Part shown: one piece after another, positions 23,838 through 37,599 of the stretch | Layout: the number at the start of each line of letters is the position of its first letter | How positions within the stretch are numbered: position 1 is the first letter of the stretch | From: Eledone cirrhosa | Lineage: Eukaryota | DNA: 64,000 nucleotides | Direction of reading: 5' to 3' | NCBI GenBank assembly: GCA_964016885.1 | Contig: OZ024747.1 | Location: 36,084,001-36,148,000 of the forward strand | Notes under the pieces: generated by a model | The model's input: the letters and a program-made list of their open reading frames with translations, nothing else | Databases searched by the model: none | Told to the model about the DNA's origin: nothing | Program-made: the position numbers and the translations under genes

Positions 23838-23878
23838 CGATGTACTATTCTCAAGCTTATTAACTATCGTCAGCACCG
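23838..23878 (-). ncRNA. Minimal hammerhead, family G
   Basis: Minus strand: cggtg-CTGACGA-tagttaataagctt-GAGA-atag-TA-catcg. Confidence 0.55.
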
Positions 23879-24102
23879 TATATCTTTCTGTCAGATGATT
23901 GAACGTCTGAAAGTATATTCTTTCCTTATGCATATTAACGGCTGAGCAGCCTAATTTGCATATCGAGTGAGTTTTCCATTTATCGTTTTCGGTATGCCCG
24001 GCCGACTAACTCCCTCGATATGCAAATTAGGCTGCTCAGCCGTTAATATGCATAAGGAAAGTATATACGTTATGACGTTCAATCATCTGACAGAAAGGTA
24101 TA

Positions 24103-24143
24103 CGATGCTGACGATAGCTAATAAGCTTGAAACTACTACATCG
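24103..24143 (+). ncRNA. Minimal hammerhead, family G
   Basis: cgatg-CTGACGA-t-agct-aata-agct-t-GAAA-ctac-TA-catcg; two-copy consensus stem III actagt (palindromic). Confidence 0.62.
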
Positions 24144-24262
24144 TTCCTGTGTCAGTGTTGAATAAAAGGACGACGATGGTTGCCGAGCACTGTACGGCGT
24201 AATTCGGGCTGTTTGTTTACAAACGAACCGAACATTATAACAAATGTTCGGTAAACCCATAC

Positions 24263-24309
<47 letters not shown>

Positions 24310-24431
24310 CTACTGTCTGTCTCTAAACATATATGTATGTACGTATACATACTTATATTTAGGTATCAGCCGTACTAAGAGTGAGAAATGAAATTTCGTT
24401 TCATTCTTTTCCATTTAGATATATATATATA

Positions 24432-24873
24432 TAGAAATGTAAGCTATCGCCGTATATTGACTAAATAAATTAAATCAATTATTTAGCCTGATAGTATGGT
24501 CAAGAACCCTCAGAGAAACGGAAAAAGATGAGTATTGACGTACATGGGAGTCGAACCCACATCTTTGATTATCCGGACCACTGAGCTACCATTTACACCA
24601 ACACGTCTTTTTCCATTCAAATTAGAAGCTATAAACTTAGCGACTGTAATGTCAAGTAACAATATTTTCGAAACAGCGAGTTGCTCCGGATAACCAAAGA
24701 TGTGGGTTCGAGTCCCATGTACGTCAATACACATCTTTTTCCATTTCTCTGAGGATTCTTAACCCCACTATCAGGCTAAAAAATTTCTTTAATTTCTTTA
24801 GTCAAAATACGGCGATAGCTTACATTTCTAATAATTTGAAACCAACGCGCTGTTTCGAAAATATTCTTACTTG
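24432..24873. mobile_element. Fold-back element containing a tRNA-like A/B-box segment
   Basis: 24432-24577 is inverted relative to 24685-24830. B box ggttcgagtcc at 24705. Minus strand carries tagctcagtgg (24578-24588) and ggttcgactcc. Confidence 0.75.
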
Positions 24874-25269
24874 ATATATATATATATATACATATATGAG
24901 TATACTCACATGCACGCACTCAGCCTCCGGGCTCCACACGCGTACTCTCCACCACCCACTCTGACCCCTCTCCATCCACACGCACAGACACACTGTCTTA
25001 CACCCCAACCCATGTACACATTGATTTCCCTATTACCCGAACTCTCACATTCACATACACACACACACACACGTACACCTACACATACACACACACCACC
25101 TTCCACCCTCCCCGAGGGGATCCCCTGTCTCCTTCTCTCCTCTCCCCCTTTCATCCTCCCACCACCACCCTCACACCTCACACCCTTTCACCACTTGTAT
25201 CATTTTAATTTTTTTTTACACTCTAAAAAGTGTTTTGCCCCCATCCACCCCCTTTTAATGTCATTCCAC

Positions 25270-27290
25270 CACTATCCTTCACACTCTTGGAACTTTGACA
25301 TTGCACATCCAACGGAGCATGCTTGCTTCATTTCTCTCCAGTTGTCGCATATCCTCTGCAGTCGCTGCCCATGTCTCACTAACAGGCAGCATCGCGCATC
25401 TCACATAGGCATCATATAACCGTCCTTTCGTACGTAGGGAGAAACCCTTCTTTGTCAACAGAGGAAGCAGGTACCTAACTTTCTTCCAACACGTGCTTAT
25501 TCTAGATACTATGGCTTCGGAACACCTCCCTCCCATGCTAATCTGATCACCTAGGTACCGGAAGCTATCAACCACTTCTATAGAACCCACCTGAACTGGA
25601 AAAATGTGACTATCACTGCGATTACGACTGCCAACTTTCCCTGTACATCTACTGCATACGTAGTTTGCCTGCTATCCCACTACATCTCGTGTGTACTCAA
25701 GATCTGCATTGCGTACATTTTATGGAATTTATGCCAGTTCCTTTCCTACATATCGACATGGCCATTTCCCTAATGGCATCAGAGTATTGTCCTCTCTTCT
25801 ACCTATCAACACATTTGTCTTAGCTATGGTCACTCTCAGGCTTCTTCATTCCAACTGCTGTTTCCATAGCCATAATTTATTCTCTAGCTCCTCTACTGAT
25901 TCTGCTATAATAACCAGATCATCAGCATAGAGAAGTTCCCATGGGCATCCAGTATTAAACTCCTCTGTTATGGCTTGGAGGATAATGAACAAGAACGGTC
26001 TGAGGACCGAACATTGATGCACAACTACTTGTATCTGGAATTCCTCACTAAACTCCATGCCTACTTTCACTTTACTGACAGCACCCCTGTACATAGGTTG
26101 CACTCTCCTCACAAGCCATTCCTCTATACCTAGTTTCCTTAGTGACCACCAGATGACAGAGCGGGGTACTCTATCAATGGCCTTCTCTATGTCAACAAAA
26201 GCTAAGTATAGTGGCTTATTCTTCTCTAAGAACCTCTCTTGTAGTTGCCTCACTAAGGAGTGGGCATCTGTTGTACGTTTCTGAGGCACAAAACCAAAAT
26301 GCTTCTCATCTAATTAGTTTCGCTAATATTCTCTCTGGCACTTTCATAACCTGATCCATCCGTTTTATGCCCCTATAATTGCTCCTCTCCAGAGCATCCC
26401 CTTTACCTTTGTAACAATTTATGAGAATACTGCTGCACCAGACTTTGGGTATGACACCACCATATATAGCTTGATTGATGATGCGTGCAACAAGTTTAGT
26501 GCCTATTTCTCCTGGTGCCTTCAGCATCTCAGCAACTATGCCCGACGGCCCAGCAGACTTACCATTCTTCATTTCCTTAATTGCCCCTTGTATCCTATAT
26601 TCGTCAATCTCAATAACTTGTCCCTCTCTCGACTCTACTGGGGGTAATTTCTCTCTCTCCCATTCGTTCTCCACATTCACTCTCTCTCATAATGACATGT
26701 CCATTCTCTAACGGCACTATCTACCGTGCTGTTCCACCACCAGGTCACTCTCTGTCTGGTTGAAGCTCTACCCCGGCAACAAGTTTCTTCAATAGCCTGC
26801 AGTAAATTATCACCCAAGAAATTCCAATTATCATCTATATCATACGACTCTAAACCGTTTTCGTTTTCGTCATACACATCTTGAAGGGCTTTGCTAAATT
26901 TATATTTTAATGAAAGATCTTTTAGCTTCTAAATATTTCTTTTCCACACCTTCCCGTATGTCTCATTCTTTCTCTTACTTACTGAGATGTCGCTAATGAC
27001 TAACCTATGCTGGGGGATGCATTCTTCCCCGGGGTATATACCTTAGTATTTGACACCATCTGTCTGTGTCACTGTCTAAATAGCAGGAAGTCAATCTGGC
27101 TTATGTGCTCGCCTGGTTTGTAGGTTATTAGGTGGTTGGCAGGCTTCTGGAAGTTCGTGTTGCAAATGGTTAGTTCACTTGCATCACAGAATTCAAGAAG
27201 CCTCACTCCTTCTTCAATTCTTGAGCCGTTACCGTGCCCACCATGTACCCCAGTGTATCCATCCTGGAGATCTGTCCAACGACCATTTTT
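25270..27290 (-). mobile_element. Decayed RTE-clade LINE (BovB-like organisation)
   Basis: KSAGPSGI..YKGKGDALERSNYRGI; TTDA..LRQLQE..AFVDIEKAIDRVPR..WELLYADDL; FRYLG..GRLY..ETW; APE remnant LLEFC..NT.F..QIDF. Confidence 0.88.
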
Positions 27291-27469
27291 CAGATTGCAC
27301 ACCCCGTGCCGTCTTCATTCCAACGCCCCACCCCGCCTATTCATTTTGCTAATGTATCTCCGGCCAAATTTCATTGTAAGCGATTCATATCGATACAACT
27401 GGAGAATCTAATAATAATTTTATTTTGCAATGTTATGTATGACAAATATTATTTTGCAATTTTATGTAT

Positions 27470-27562
27470 CACCACCAGCAATGGAGGGCGCTGTTGGATC
27501 TGGTCAGCTCTACGCTCAATGAGGCTTTGGTATCTTTGGATTAGGATGACCCCAGCCTCGAC

Positions 27563-27593
<31 letters not shown>

Positions 27594-27620
27594 AAGAAGA
27601 AGAAGAAGAAGAAGAAGAAG
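27470..27620 (+). mobile_element. Short retroposon 3' tail ending in (GAA)n
   Basis: ~95-nt GC-richer segment followed by a (GAA)n tract at ~27564-27620. Confidence 0.5.
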
Positions 27621-27729
27621 ACATTATACAACTATCGATTGCCTCCCCCTTTCTTCCACTTATAAGAATTTAAGCAAATGTCCAACCCGCCTCGTTTATT
27701 CCAAGCCATCCTATTTGGGACCCGAAAGT

Positions 27730-28940
27730 ACAACCAAAATCTCCTCCTCTCTATAGCTATCACACAAAACTCTCTTTTAATCCCTATCACTACATCTACT
27801 ACTACTAATTTTCCCCGTCCATGTCTACCTGACCATGTCTCTTTTATCCTCCTCACTATATATAACACTAATACACTTCTCCCTCTCGTTATATATCTAC
27901 ACTTACCTCTCCCTATCCCGCTCTCTATATCAATCACCCCTAAACTCTCACCCTCACTATATCTACTATACTTCGCTCTCCCATTAAACCTCTCTCTATA
28001 TCTATATCCACCAAATTCTCCCCCTCTCCATAACAAACATACAAAACACTCTCCCAATCCCCCTCGCCATATCGATCATCACAAAACTCTCCCCCTCGCC
28101 ATATCGACCACACGGCACTCTCTCATTATCGACCTCACTCTAACCATCACCAGCAAATCCATCCCTCTCTATACCCAATATACAGCAATCTATCAAAATC
28201 AACCTCTTTTTGTCAATCACCACTACAATTTTCCCTCTCTATTATACAACAACACTCTTTCGTAATCGTCCTCTCCCTATGCATCACAAACTCCCCACTC
28301 TATATCTTTTTACGACACTGTCTCCAATCCTCCTCTCTATATCAACTATCTCGCTCTCTATGTCTATCACACAATACTCTCTCTCATTCCTTCCCACTCT
28401 ATTCATCATTACCAAAATCTCCCCCTCTCTGTATCTATCAATACTTATCTCTATCAATCCTCTCACCCTATTCATTACCACATATCTCCCCCCTCTCTAC
28501 ATCAACCATACAAAACTCTCTCCCAATCTCCCTTTCTGTATCAATTAGCATCAAATTCTCCATCTCTCTATACCTACAATCCGGAACTCTCATCCAATCT
28601 CCCTCTCCATATCTACCAAACGGCACTCACTCCCAATCCCCCTCCCTATATTAATTACCACTACTCCTCTTCTCTATATCTACCATACAAACTTCTCTTT
28701 CAATCCCCCTCTCTATATCAATTAACACCAAACTCTCCCTCTCTACATATCTACTAAAGGGAAATCTCCCCCAATCCATCTCTCGATATGAATTAGCACC
28801 AAATCTCCCCATCTCTATATCTAATATATTACACACTCTACCAAGTACCCTCTCTATATCAATTACCACGAAACACCCCCCCCCCTGGTCTATATCAATT
28901 ACCACGAAACTCTCCACCTCTCTATATCAATTACCACTTG
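27730..28940. repeat. Degenerate C/T-rich low-complexity tract (resumes at 34440-34830, split by the Tx1 LINE)
   Basis: Repeated ctctctatatc/aactctc words. Confidence 0.8.
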
Positions 28941-28944
28941 ATAT

Positions 28945-31900
28945 AGACGTGATTTACTTTGCTCCGGATTTTTACGGATTGTTGTCAAAAAAACTGTGAG
29001 TTTATTGATCAATTTAATAACATTGTTTGGTTTAGCCCCTTGCCTTGGCCGTCAGACGTTAAGTCAACAAATTTTCAATTTTCATCTAAAACTGTAGACT
29101 TGGTGGCAATGGATGCCATTTCCACCTCGCACACTGTCGTGAGTGCCACGCCCACTAAGAAAAGTGGTGGAGGGAAGGTAGGAGTACAAAGCTTGCAGCC
29201 GTCCCCCCTCGTATCATCGAAAAACGTGGAAAATATCGAAACCGCGAAACCAAACCCGGTAAATAATACCAGCACCAACAACAAGAACAATGACAACACC
29301 ACAACCAACAACTGCAACAATAGCAACACCAATATTACCAACAGTGACAGTAACAAAAAAGACAACAACACCAAAACAACATTCGCACAGACCGTAAAAA
29401 AAAACGAACTATACACGCCAATAGACATAACAAATGCTAAACAACTATTACAAGATGCAAAACAATTCGTGACTTTTGGCGAAAACGGTACTTTTAGCAT
29501 CAATTCTCCACAGGAATTACGTAGAGAGGCTGTCCTGAAAACTGTGGTTGTCAGCACAATATCGAACGAAACAAGAAAACCAGCTCAATTATCACAAAAT
29601 GAAATTGGGGTTCTAAAAGATGCAATGAAGGACTTTACCTTCATACAAAAAGGTAAACTGTTTGGTAGCATTTCGGGGGTAATGAACAACCAGTCAAGAG
29701 CTCAAAAGTACTCGGTAGCACCCATTGTGTCCCCCCGCTTCACCTTTTACAGGGGAAAAAGGACACAAAGAATAAAAATAATGAGTATCACACCAAATGT
29801 AAATATTTGGTGGATACTATGTGGAATAATTAACTTTGACGAAGACAAGATAATAAGATAATTTCAATAGGAAAGTCCTCCGGAGGTGTATTTGGTGGGA
29901 CCAACGTAGAAGTTCTGGTGCAAATGAGCCCAGAACGAATAGCGAATATCCCACAACGCGTGCCTCTAGACGGGATAACTTATATAAACATTTCAGTGGA
30001 GGGAAGGCGACCGTCATGTTACCACTGCTTAAGCAGGGGTCACCTGAGGGCTGCCTGTCTTCAATTAACGAGTAAAAAAAAAAGGCTCTTCTGCCAACCC
30101 CGAACACAACAACACAACCACCACCACCACCACCACCACAACAACACGGAAAAATAACAACACAAAACACTGTTCCACCCAACCCCTCCCCACCTAAAAC
30201 AAATACAAAATCAACCACAACAAAACCCCAAAATATACCCCTTCCCAACAACACGGAAGAGGACTCCGTATCAACGTCACCCAGTGACGACGAGGGAGAA
30301 CCCTTTCAACAGGTGAAAAGGAAAAAAAAAGGCACCACATTAACAAAAATGCCACAAACACACAACCACCAGCACAAACAGAACAAACATCACAAATAAA
30401 AAAAACCAACCCTCCCCAAAACATAACACGTACTACAAAACGCAAACACGCATAAGAACAACAAACAAAAACAAACACAACACAACAAAAACTCTATACA
30501 TACATTAACAAGAACAATAAAACGTTGATGAAAGCGATAGAAAATTACCCTTCGGTGGAAAGCGAAGGGATCACTTTCACCTACGCAGCGAACAAACTGC
30601 ACCTAATGATGATTAGGGTCCCAACGGAAACCTATGTAACTTTGAAAAAGAACCATCCAATGCATGTGGGGACCAACTGCACCAAACCACATAACAGCGT
30701 CCTATTGAGATGTTTCCCCACCCCCACACCAGACACCCACACCCCACCAAACACCCTAATCCCACCACACACTGATGTCCTCACCCCACCACAAACCACC
30801 ACGCCACCAAACAACACTTCCAACACCCCCATGGAAATTGTGCAGCCTGGTCCCCAGGAAACGAAGAGGTAAGTAATTTCCTTTCCTCTTCCTTTTTACC
30901 TCTTCAGCACCAACATGGCCAATATAAGAGTTGGATGTGTGAATGCACGCGGCTTGGGGATGTCCTGGAACCAGGGCATATTCTTAAATGACCTCAGGTC
31001 GCACAGAGTGGATGTACTGGTTATTTGCGAGTCCAGGATCAGCAGCGAGCGCCAACTGGCCCCCATCTTCGACGACTTTGAGATCTACGCATCTCTCTGT
31101 CAGCCGAGGGGTGGGGTTGTCGTTCTGCTGCGAAAATACCTGGGTCTTGCCACACAGAAGGTACACCTGGACCCGGAGGGTCGACTGGTGGTTTTAGACG
31201 TCGGCAGTAGTGAAGGTGGAGCTTTCAGGCTGGTGGCAGCGTATTCCCCATCTGGGACACCACGACCGGACTTCTTCCGATGCCTGAAGAATTTCCTGGG
31301 AACGTCTCGCTCCTTGCTTTTAGTGGGGGACTGGAATGGTATCCTGGATGCACGTTGGGACTATGTAGGGGCATGTCCCGATAGAGGGGGGTGTAACAGC
31401 CTCAAACGATTAATGGGCCGATTTGATCTGGCCGATAGATATCGACTAGATTTTCCGACTGTGCCACGGTGGACGTGGAGTAATAGCAGCGGAACATCTA
31501 GGTCGTACCTAGATAGGTTCCTAGTTAGAAATAAGGATAGGGACATATTAAGCTGTCCACTAATGTTCATGGTTGACTATTCGGATCACAAGTTGGTGAC
31601 CGGAGTGGTCAACCTTGATAGAACTCATAGACAGGGACCCGGTTACTGGAAGCTAAACTTGTTTTTACCGACAAACAAAGCTTACAGTAAGCGGATTAGC
31701 ACACTAGTTAAGCAGCGTTTGACGGGGGCAATTGTCAACAACAGGTGGTGGGGCTCTCTCAAGAGAGAAATTAGAATAGAATCGATAGGTTTTAGTCGGG
31801 AATTAGCATCAGATAGGAATAGAACTGAAAGGGAATTAACAAATAGAATAGAAGAGGTGATTAGGAGTGGCAACGTGACCGGCGTGCTGGCGTCAAGAAC

Positions 31901-34440
31901 GGCCCTAGACCAGTTCTTTGATGCGAAGCACGAGGGCTGCGTTGTCAGGAGTAAAATACGTACTATGGGTAACGAGGGAGCCAAAGCTGTTAGCTGGGCC
32001 CGAGTGACAGAGGCAAAAAGTGGAAACAAGTTCACGATTCGGTCTTTGAAGGACCAGGATGGACGCGTGATCCTTGAACCTGAGCGGATGAGCGCGGCCT
32101 TTCAACGGCGCTTTGCACGGCTGTTCGGGAGGGGCGGCGGGACGGGTGGGGCCATGGATTTCGGTCCATACCTCGACGGTCTGGCGCGGCTCTCGGACGG
32201 GGAGGCGAAGTCCTGCGAGAGGCCGATTTTAGCCGCTGAAATAGGGGAGGCGCTGAGCCAATGCGGCAAACGCAAAACTCCGGGTCTCGATGGTCTACCA
32301 TACGAACTTTATGTAGCGATGCCGGGCTTGTTCTCCGGTCTCTTCGAGGTGGTCTACTGCAACTGGCAACAGAACGGGAGAATTCCCAGTTCTGTGACCA
32401 AGGGCGTAGTCACGCTGGTGAGGAAGGACGAGAATAAGGGGGATGACATAGATAACTTCAGGCCCATAACTCTGCTAAACACAGAGTTAAAGATTTTGGC
32501 CAAGGTGTTAGCGAAGAGGTTGGCGCTTGTCGTCGGGAACCTGGTGGGAGAAGCGCAGACATGCGCAATCCCGTCCAGGTCCATACACGACAATCTCCAC
32601 CTCATGCGATACATCGTAGAGAGGGTAGGGAACGAACCCGGCTTTGGTGGGGCCCTGATCAACTTGGATCAATCTAAAGCGTTCGATAGGGTTGACCATC
32701 GGTACCTGGATGCGGTGCTCGCGACGGCAGGCTTCGGACCCGTTTTCAGGGGATGGATTGCTGCAATGCGCAGCAGCAACACCTGCTCGAGGGTCAAGGT
32801 GAACGGCTACCTCTCGGAGCCATTCCAAATCGCGCGATCCTTTCGACAGGGATGCCCTCTCTCCTCCCTCCTGTATGTGCTGGCTCTCGAGCTACTACTG
32901 AGGAAGCTGGAGCTGTTGCAGGGCATCCCCTTGGAACCGGGATTGCGGAAAGCGGTGTCGGCCTACGCCGATGCCCTCCGACGGCATCGTCGGACGCTGG
33001 ACGGAGGGACCGGTGAAGCTGCTCGGGGTCTGGTTCGGACCGGACCTCCAGGTGGAGAAAAACTGGGACGAGGTAACGGGCAAGGTGTTTGCACTCGCCC
33101 AGAAGTGGGCCGAGTGCAAACTATCCCTGAAAGGTCGAGCGGAGGTGGCGAACGCTTATATAGCGTCCGTCATCTACTACCGCTTGACAGTCGTGCTTTG
33201 CCCAGAGAAAACACTCACCAAAATGGAGCGCGCGCTCTTCCGATTTCTTTGGAAGAAGCGGGCTCCTTTGGTGAGAAGATCCATCTGCTGTCAACACCCT
33301 TCGAACGGAGGGCTGGGGATGCCGTGGCTGACGATGCGTAGACACGCATTAAGGCTACGGCACCTCCAGGTATTCCTCACCGGTCAGCCGGTGTGGGCCC
33401 TGCTTGTGAGGCGAGCCTTTCCGAGACTCGTCTCACTCAACAAGCTGCAATCCTGTGTCAAGCAAAGACCGAGAAAAGTGGGCGACTGGCACATTGAATG
33501 AGCCCAGGCGCTTAGGCCCTCTGGCAAGCGGATCCGGCAATCAGTGGAGACTCAACCTCAACATTCTATAGAGGGTTGGTGCGAGGTAAGTGCGACGACG
33601 CTCTCGGAGAGGCTCTAGGCATGGAGGAAAACGAGCTGGCCAGTCTGTTCGGTAGGACGTTTGGCCCGGGACCGATGGACAACTTCCAAAAGTCCCTGGC
33701 TTGGCAATGTTACCGAGGAGCTCTACCCGTTCAGGACAAGCTCTACAGACACGGGCGCCCGGGTAGGGACTCCTCGAAGAAGATCTGTCCAAGAACCGTC
33801 GCACACGCATTCGTACAATGACCGGGCGTTGCTGACCTGTGGGGCTATGTAGAACGACTACTGTCGCGGGTGGGACTAATCCGGTTGACCACCGAGAACA
33901 TTGTCACAATCAAACCGCCTCCCCCTTTCAAAAACGAAGGAGAGGCGGTTTTCCTCTGTGTGATAGCCATGGCGAAAGAAGTTGTATGGTGGACAAGGTT
34001 GAAAGGGCTGAGGTCAGACACCTATCTCTCCGGCCAACAACTGGTCTTTTTTTTCAAGTACCACTTTAGAAGAAGGATCAGAATGGAGAGAGAGGTGCTC
34101 TACCCCAGCAAGTTTTATGAAAGATGGGTGAAAGTAGCGAGAATGGCCCGAGTGAATGGGCCTTCTCTCTATATCAGCCTGTAGGTGAGAGAGGAGAAGA
34201 ATGAGAAGAGGAAGGAAGCACCCGCTCTTTGTGCTCCTGAAGAGGAGGGTTGCACATTTTTTTTTTTTGGGGGGGGGGGGGGGGCGACCCATGTCAACGC
34301 CCCTCCCTATTGAGAACATCGATTGTTAAATTTAATTTGTTATATGTTTTTTACACGTCCTTTTAAATGTATGTAAACTCCCCCCTTTGTATTTGTCCCA
34401 ATCTTTGATGTCCTGGTGGCAAATAAAAAGAAATATATAT
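28945..34440 (+). mobile_element. Near full-length Tx1/L1-clade LINE (frameshifted)
   Basis: ORF1 pieces 28959-29861, 29918-30157 (CYHCLSRGHLRAAC), 30525-30872. ORF2 from 30915: APE (GCVNARGL..GDWN..YLDRF..YSDH), RT (KTPGLDGLP..NFRPITLLN..LDQSKAFDRV..RQGCPLS..SAYAD), deletion at ~32972, C-terminal pieces to 34184. 3' ggcaaataaaaag. Confidence 0.93.
30915..32973 (+). pseudogene. Tx1-like ORF2, uninterrupted endonuclease-RT segment up to the truncated YAD(D) motif
   Basis: ORF track 30915..33341; LINE homology in this frame ends after AVSAYAD. Confidence 0.85.
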
Positions 34441-34832
34441 ATCTACTACGTGACACTCACTCCCAACCCCCTTCCTTTTATTTATTACCTCTATCCCCTC
34501 AACTATCTAAATCTACCATACAATACACTCTGAACTCCCCTCTATATATACATAACCAACAAACTCTCACCCTCTCTATATCTACTATACAACACTCTCT
34601 TTCAATAGGCCTCTTTATATCACTTACCACTATAATCTCCCTCTCTATATATCTACTACACGGTGCACTCTTCATTTCCCTCTATCTATACCAATTAACA
34701 CCCCCTCCCCCTTTACATCTACCACGACACTGTCTCTCTCTGTCCCCCTCTATATACCAATCACCACATTGCACTCCCCCTCTATACCTAACTTACACCA
34801 ATCTCTCCCAATTACTCCCTCTCTCTATCAAT

Positions 34833-35143
34833 TACTCGCAGGTATTGAATAATCGTCTCGCCATGTTTATAAATCTATTAGATTTTGCTTCCAACCCATC
34901 CCTCCGGTTTATTAAATGTTGGTAAGTGTTATTGTGATTCATATCGCTGCTGGAGAATCTGATAGTAATTTTATTTTACATGAAAATAACACTATATATA
35001 ACAAAAAAATGAACATTACAAAAAATATCCCATATTTACACTATACAATTGCCGAACCCCACCGCTTATAAGAATTTAAGCAAATGTCCACCCCAACCAA
35101 CCCCCACTTATCCTCCCCATCCATTATTTGGGACGCGAGAGTA
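34833..35143. mobile_element. Possible MITE (diverged second copy at ~27330-27730)
   Basis: Imperfect termini tactcgc..aataa / ttatt..gcgagagta; shares gattcatatcg..ctggagaatct and cttataagaatttaagcaaatgtcca with 27380-27725. Confidence 0.4.
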
Positions 35144-35169
35144 TATATAAATTGTAGCGTACGTAATTT

Positions 35170-35840
35170 TATAATTGTTTCTACTTTTGGCACAAGGCCA
35201 GCAATTACCCAGCACATTAATTGTACTTTATTTTATCGACCCCGTAAGGATGAAAGGCAAAGTGAACCTCAGCGGGATTTGAACTCAGACCGTAAAGGGA
35301 CGTAACTATGCTGGAAAGCATGGCGTCCGACTCTCTACCGATACTAATGGGCCATTTTCATCACAGATACAACTTTCTGTTGCATTATTATAGGGCAATG
35401 GCTTGGCAGTATCGGTAGAGCGTCGGACAACATGCTTTGCAGCATAGAATTACGGCCCCTTATGAACTGAGTTCAAATCCCGCCGAGGTTAACTTCGCTT
35501 TTCATCCTTACGGGGTTGATAAAATAAAGTACCCGTCACGCACTGGGGTCGATTTAATCGACTTTCCCCTCCCAAAAAAGTGTTGGCCTTGTGCCTATAT
35601 AAGAAACCATTATTATAGGGCAATGGATTGGCATTATCGGTAGAGCGTCGGACAACATGCTTTGCGGCATATTGTTACGGCCCTTTATGTTCTGAGTTCA
35701 AATCCCACCGAGGTTAACTTTGTCATTCATCTTTACGGGGTCGAAAATGTGAAGCAGAAGTGAGTACTGGGTTCGATTTAATCGACTTTCCCCTCCACTT
35801 CAAATTTCTGTCATTGTGCCTAAAGTAGAAACAATTATTA
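35170..35840. mobile_element. SINE cluster (one minus copy ~35170-35345; two plus copies ~35393-35615 and ~35617-35840)
   Basis: SINE consensus matches. Confidence 0.85.
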
Positions 35841-36847
35841 TAGAATATAACTTTAATTTTTAATATAACTGAAGTATATATGCAGTATTTAAAAATGTTA
35901 CCATAGGTCCGAAATAAAAAAACAAAACATAAACAGTATAAACAAATTCAAATGTCAGGTTTCCAGTTATTTTCCAGTATCCAAACTTTATTAACTGTAA
36001 ACTGAAACAGTTTGTATTGGACAGTTCGTATAGCAAGAAATATGTCTCGTAATTTGACGCTAATATTCAGATACACGATGATGTTTAATAAAATCAAAAA
36101 CTGTCATCCCTTTAACCAAAACCTGTTATATTCTGTACTAGCTTATATATAGCCATGTTATTTCCAGGATTAATAGACACATTATCTGTCCTCAGCAGAA
36201 AGATAAAGCTGGTTAAACTATGAGATAAACTGTGAATGTTATTATCATTTCAGGTTTTTATATATAGATTTCTACGCGTGACACCTGTCATATTTATTGT
36301 ATGTAATTGACATTCCAGAGACAACATAAATTGAAACAGCGTACTTTCCGTTGGGGCCAGCCTGACAGTTTAGTAGATATTAGTAAATATTCAGACGAAG
36401 GACGAATCCACATATTGAACCTTCTATTGAATATAATTCAAGTAATTTATGCAGAAAAAAATTGTTTTCCCCTTAAAGACGAAGCGGTCTAGTTTCAAAA
36501 TATTTAATTTATGTTATTTTAGGGTGAAGAATCAAAGTTTTAAGTTTTTAAAAGTTGATGGTTATTTATATTTATCAATTTTATAAATTGTATACATTTT
36601 TAAATGTGTTAGATTTCTAAAATTCTGAATTTTATGAAAACAAAATTAAAGGATTTATTACGCCCGCGAAAGAGAGATATACACTGTTGAATATTTTCTT
36701 AAAAGTAATCTTTAACAAAAATTACCAATAAGAGTGTCAACATTTTCGGTATGTAAAATTTACGAAGTACTTATTGTTAGAAATATCGAAAATGTTATTA
36801 TCAAGTAGATACATTGTCTAAAGTATAATGATTAACGCAGTTTTCAG

Positions 36848-36901
<54 letters not shown>

Positions 36902-37599
36902 GTGCATGTATCGTAATAAATTAATATTTATTATATTATATTAAATTAAATCACTATATTAGTTCTAACTTCATATGAGGAATAAAACATAAATAATGGA
37001 TATGTTATTGTGCAATATATCTATATTTGCACAAACTATATATAGCGTTAAACCGAAACGGTAATTAAGATTAAGTTATTACATATTATACATATAGATG
37101 TAAAAAACAAAATGCAGAGATATACGAAAGTAATAATATGATTTTTCTATTATACAATATACACATATTTGCAATACAAATTAGGTATAGAGAGATATAC
37201 TAAGTATTAATGAGACAGTATACTTTTGGTAAATGATAACGTTTATAATCTTATATAATAGATTCAAACATGAAAAAGTTAAATACATACATATATATAA
37301 ATAAAGGAGTGTAAACGCATGAATGATTCACAGTTCAAAATAAGGTCCGTAGAGATTTACTGGTTGAATATTTGAACTTTAAAATATAGATAGAAAAATA
37401 AAGATAGAGAAATAATAATATTATGTTATGTATAGCAACGTGTGAGCATGTTATTAAACAAGTGTCGTTCATTCAAACGTTATTTCTGTTATAGATAGTT
37501 ATACCATAAAGCAATATTACAGGCCATTAAGGTTTTCAACTGTTGATTATGTACGTCTAAAAACCAAGTTTAGTTGCTTAGTGTTTTTTCCTGGTCTTA

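Larger units (their letters stand above)
23717..24264. mobile_element. Fold-back element (family G), ~250-bp arms with ~50-bp spacer, between (TA)n tracts
   Basis: 23717-23967 is the reverse complement of 24014-24264. Confidence 0.9.

Noticed and set aside
24540-24725. Functional tRNA gene
   Set aside because: A and B boxes are present but there is no complete cloverleaf or acceptor stem; treated as a tRNA-derived repeat.
27632-28917. ORFs of 90-195 aa in the C/T-rich tract
   Set aside because: Low-complexity composition lacks stops by chance; no domain motifs.
36328-36495. cagacga..gaagcggtc as a U4A hammerhead
   Set aside because: GAAA is absent and the helices are unconvincing.
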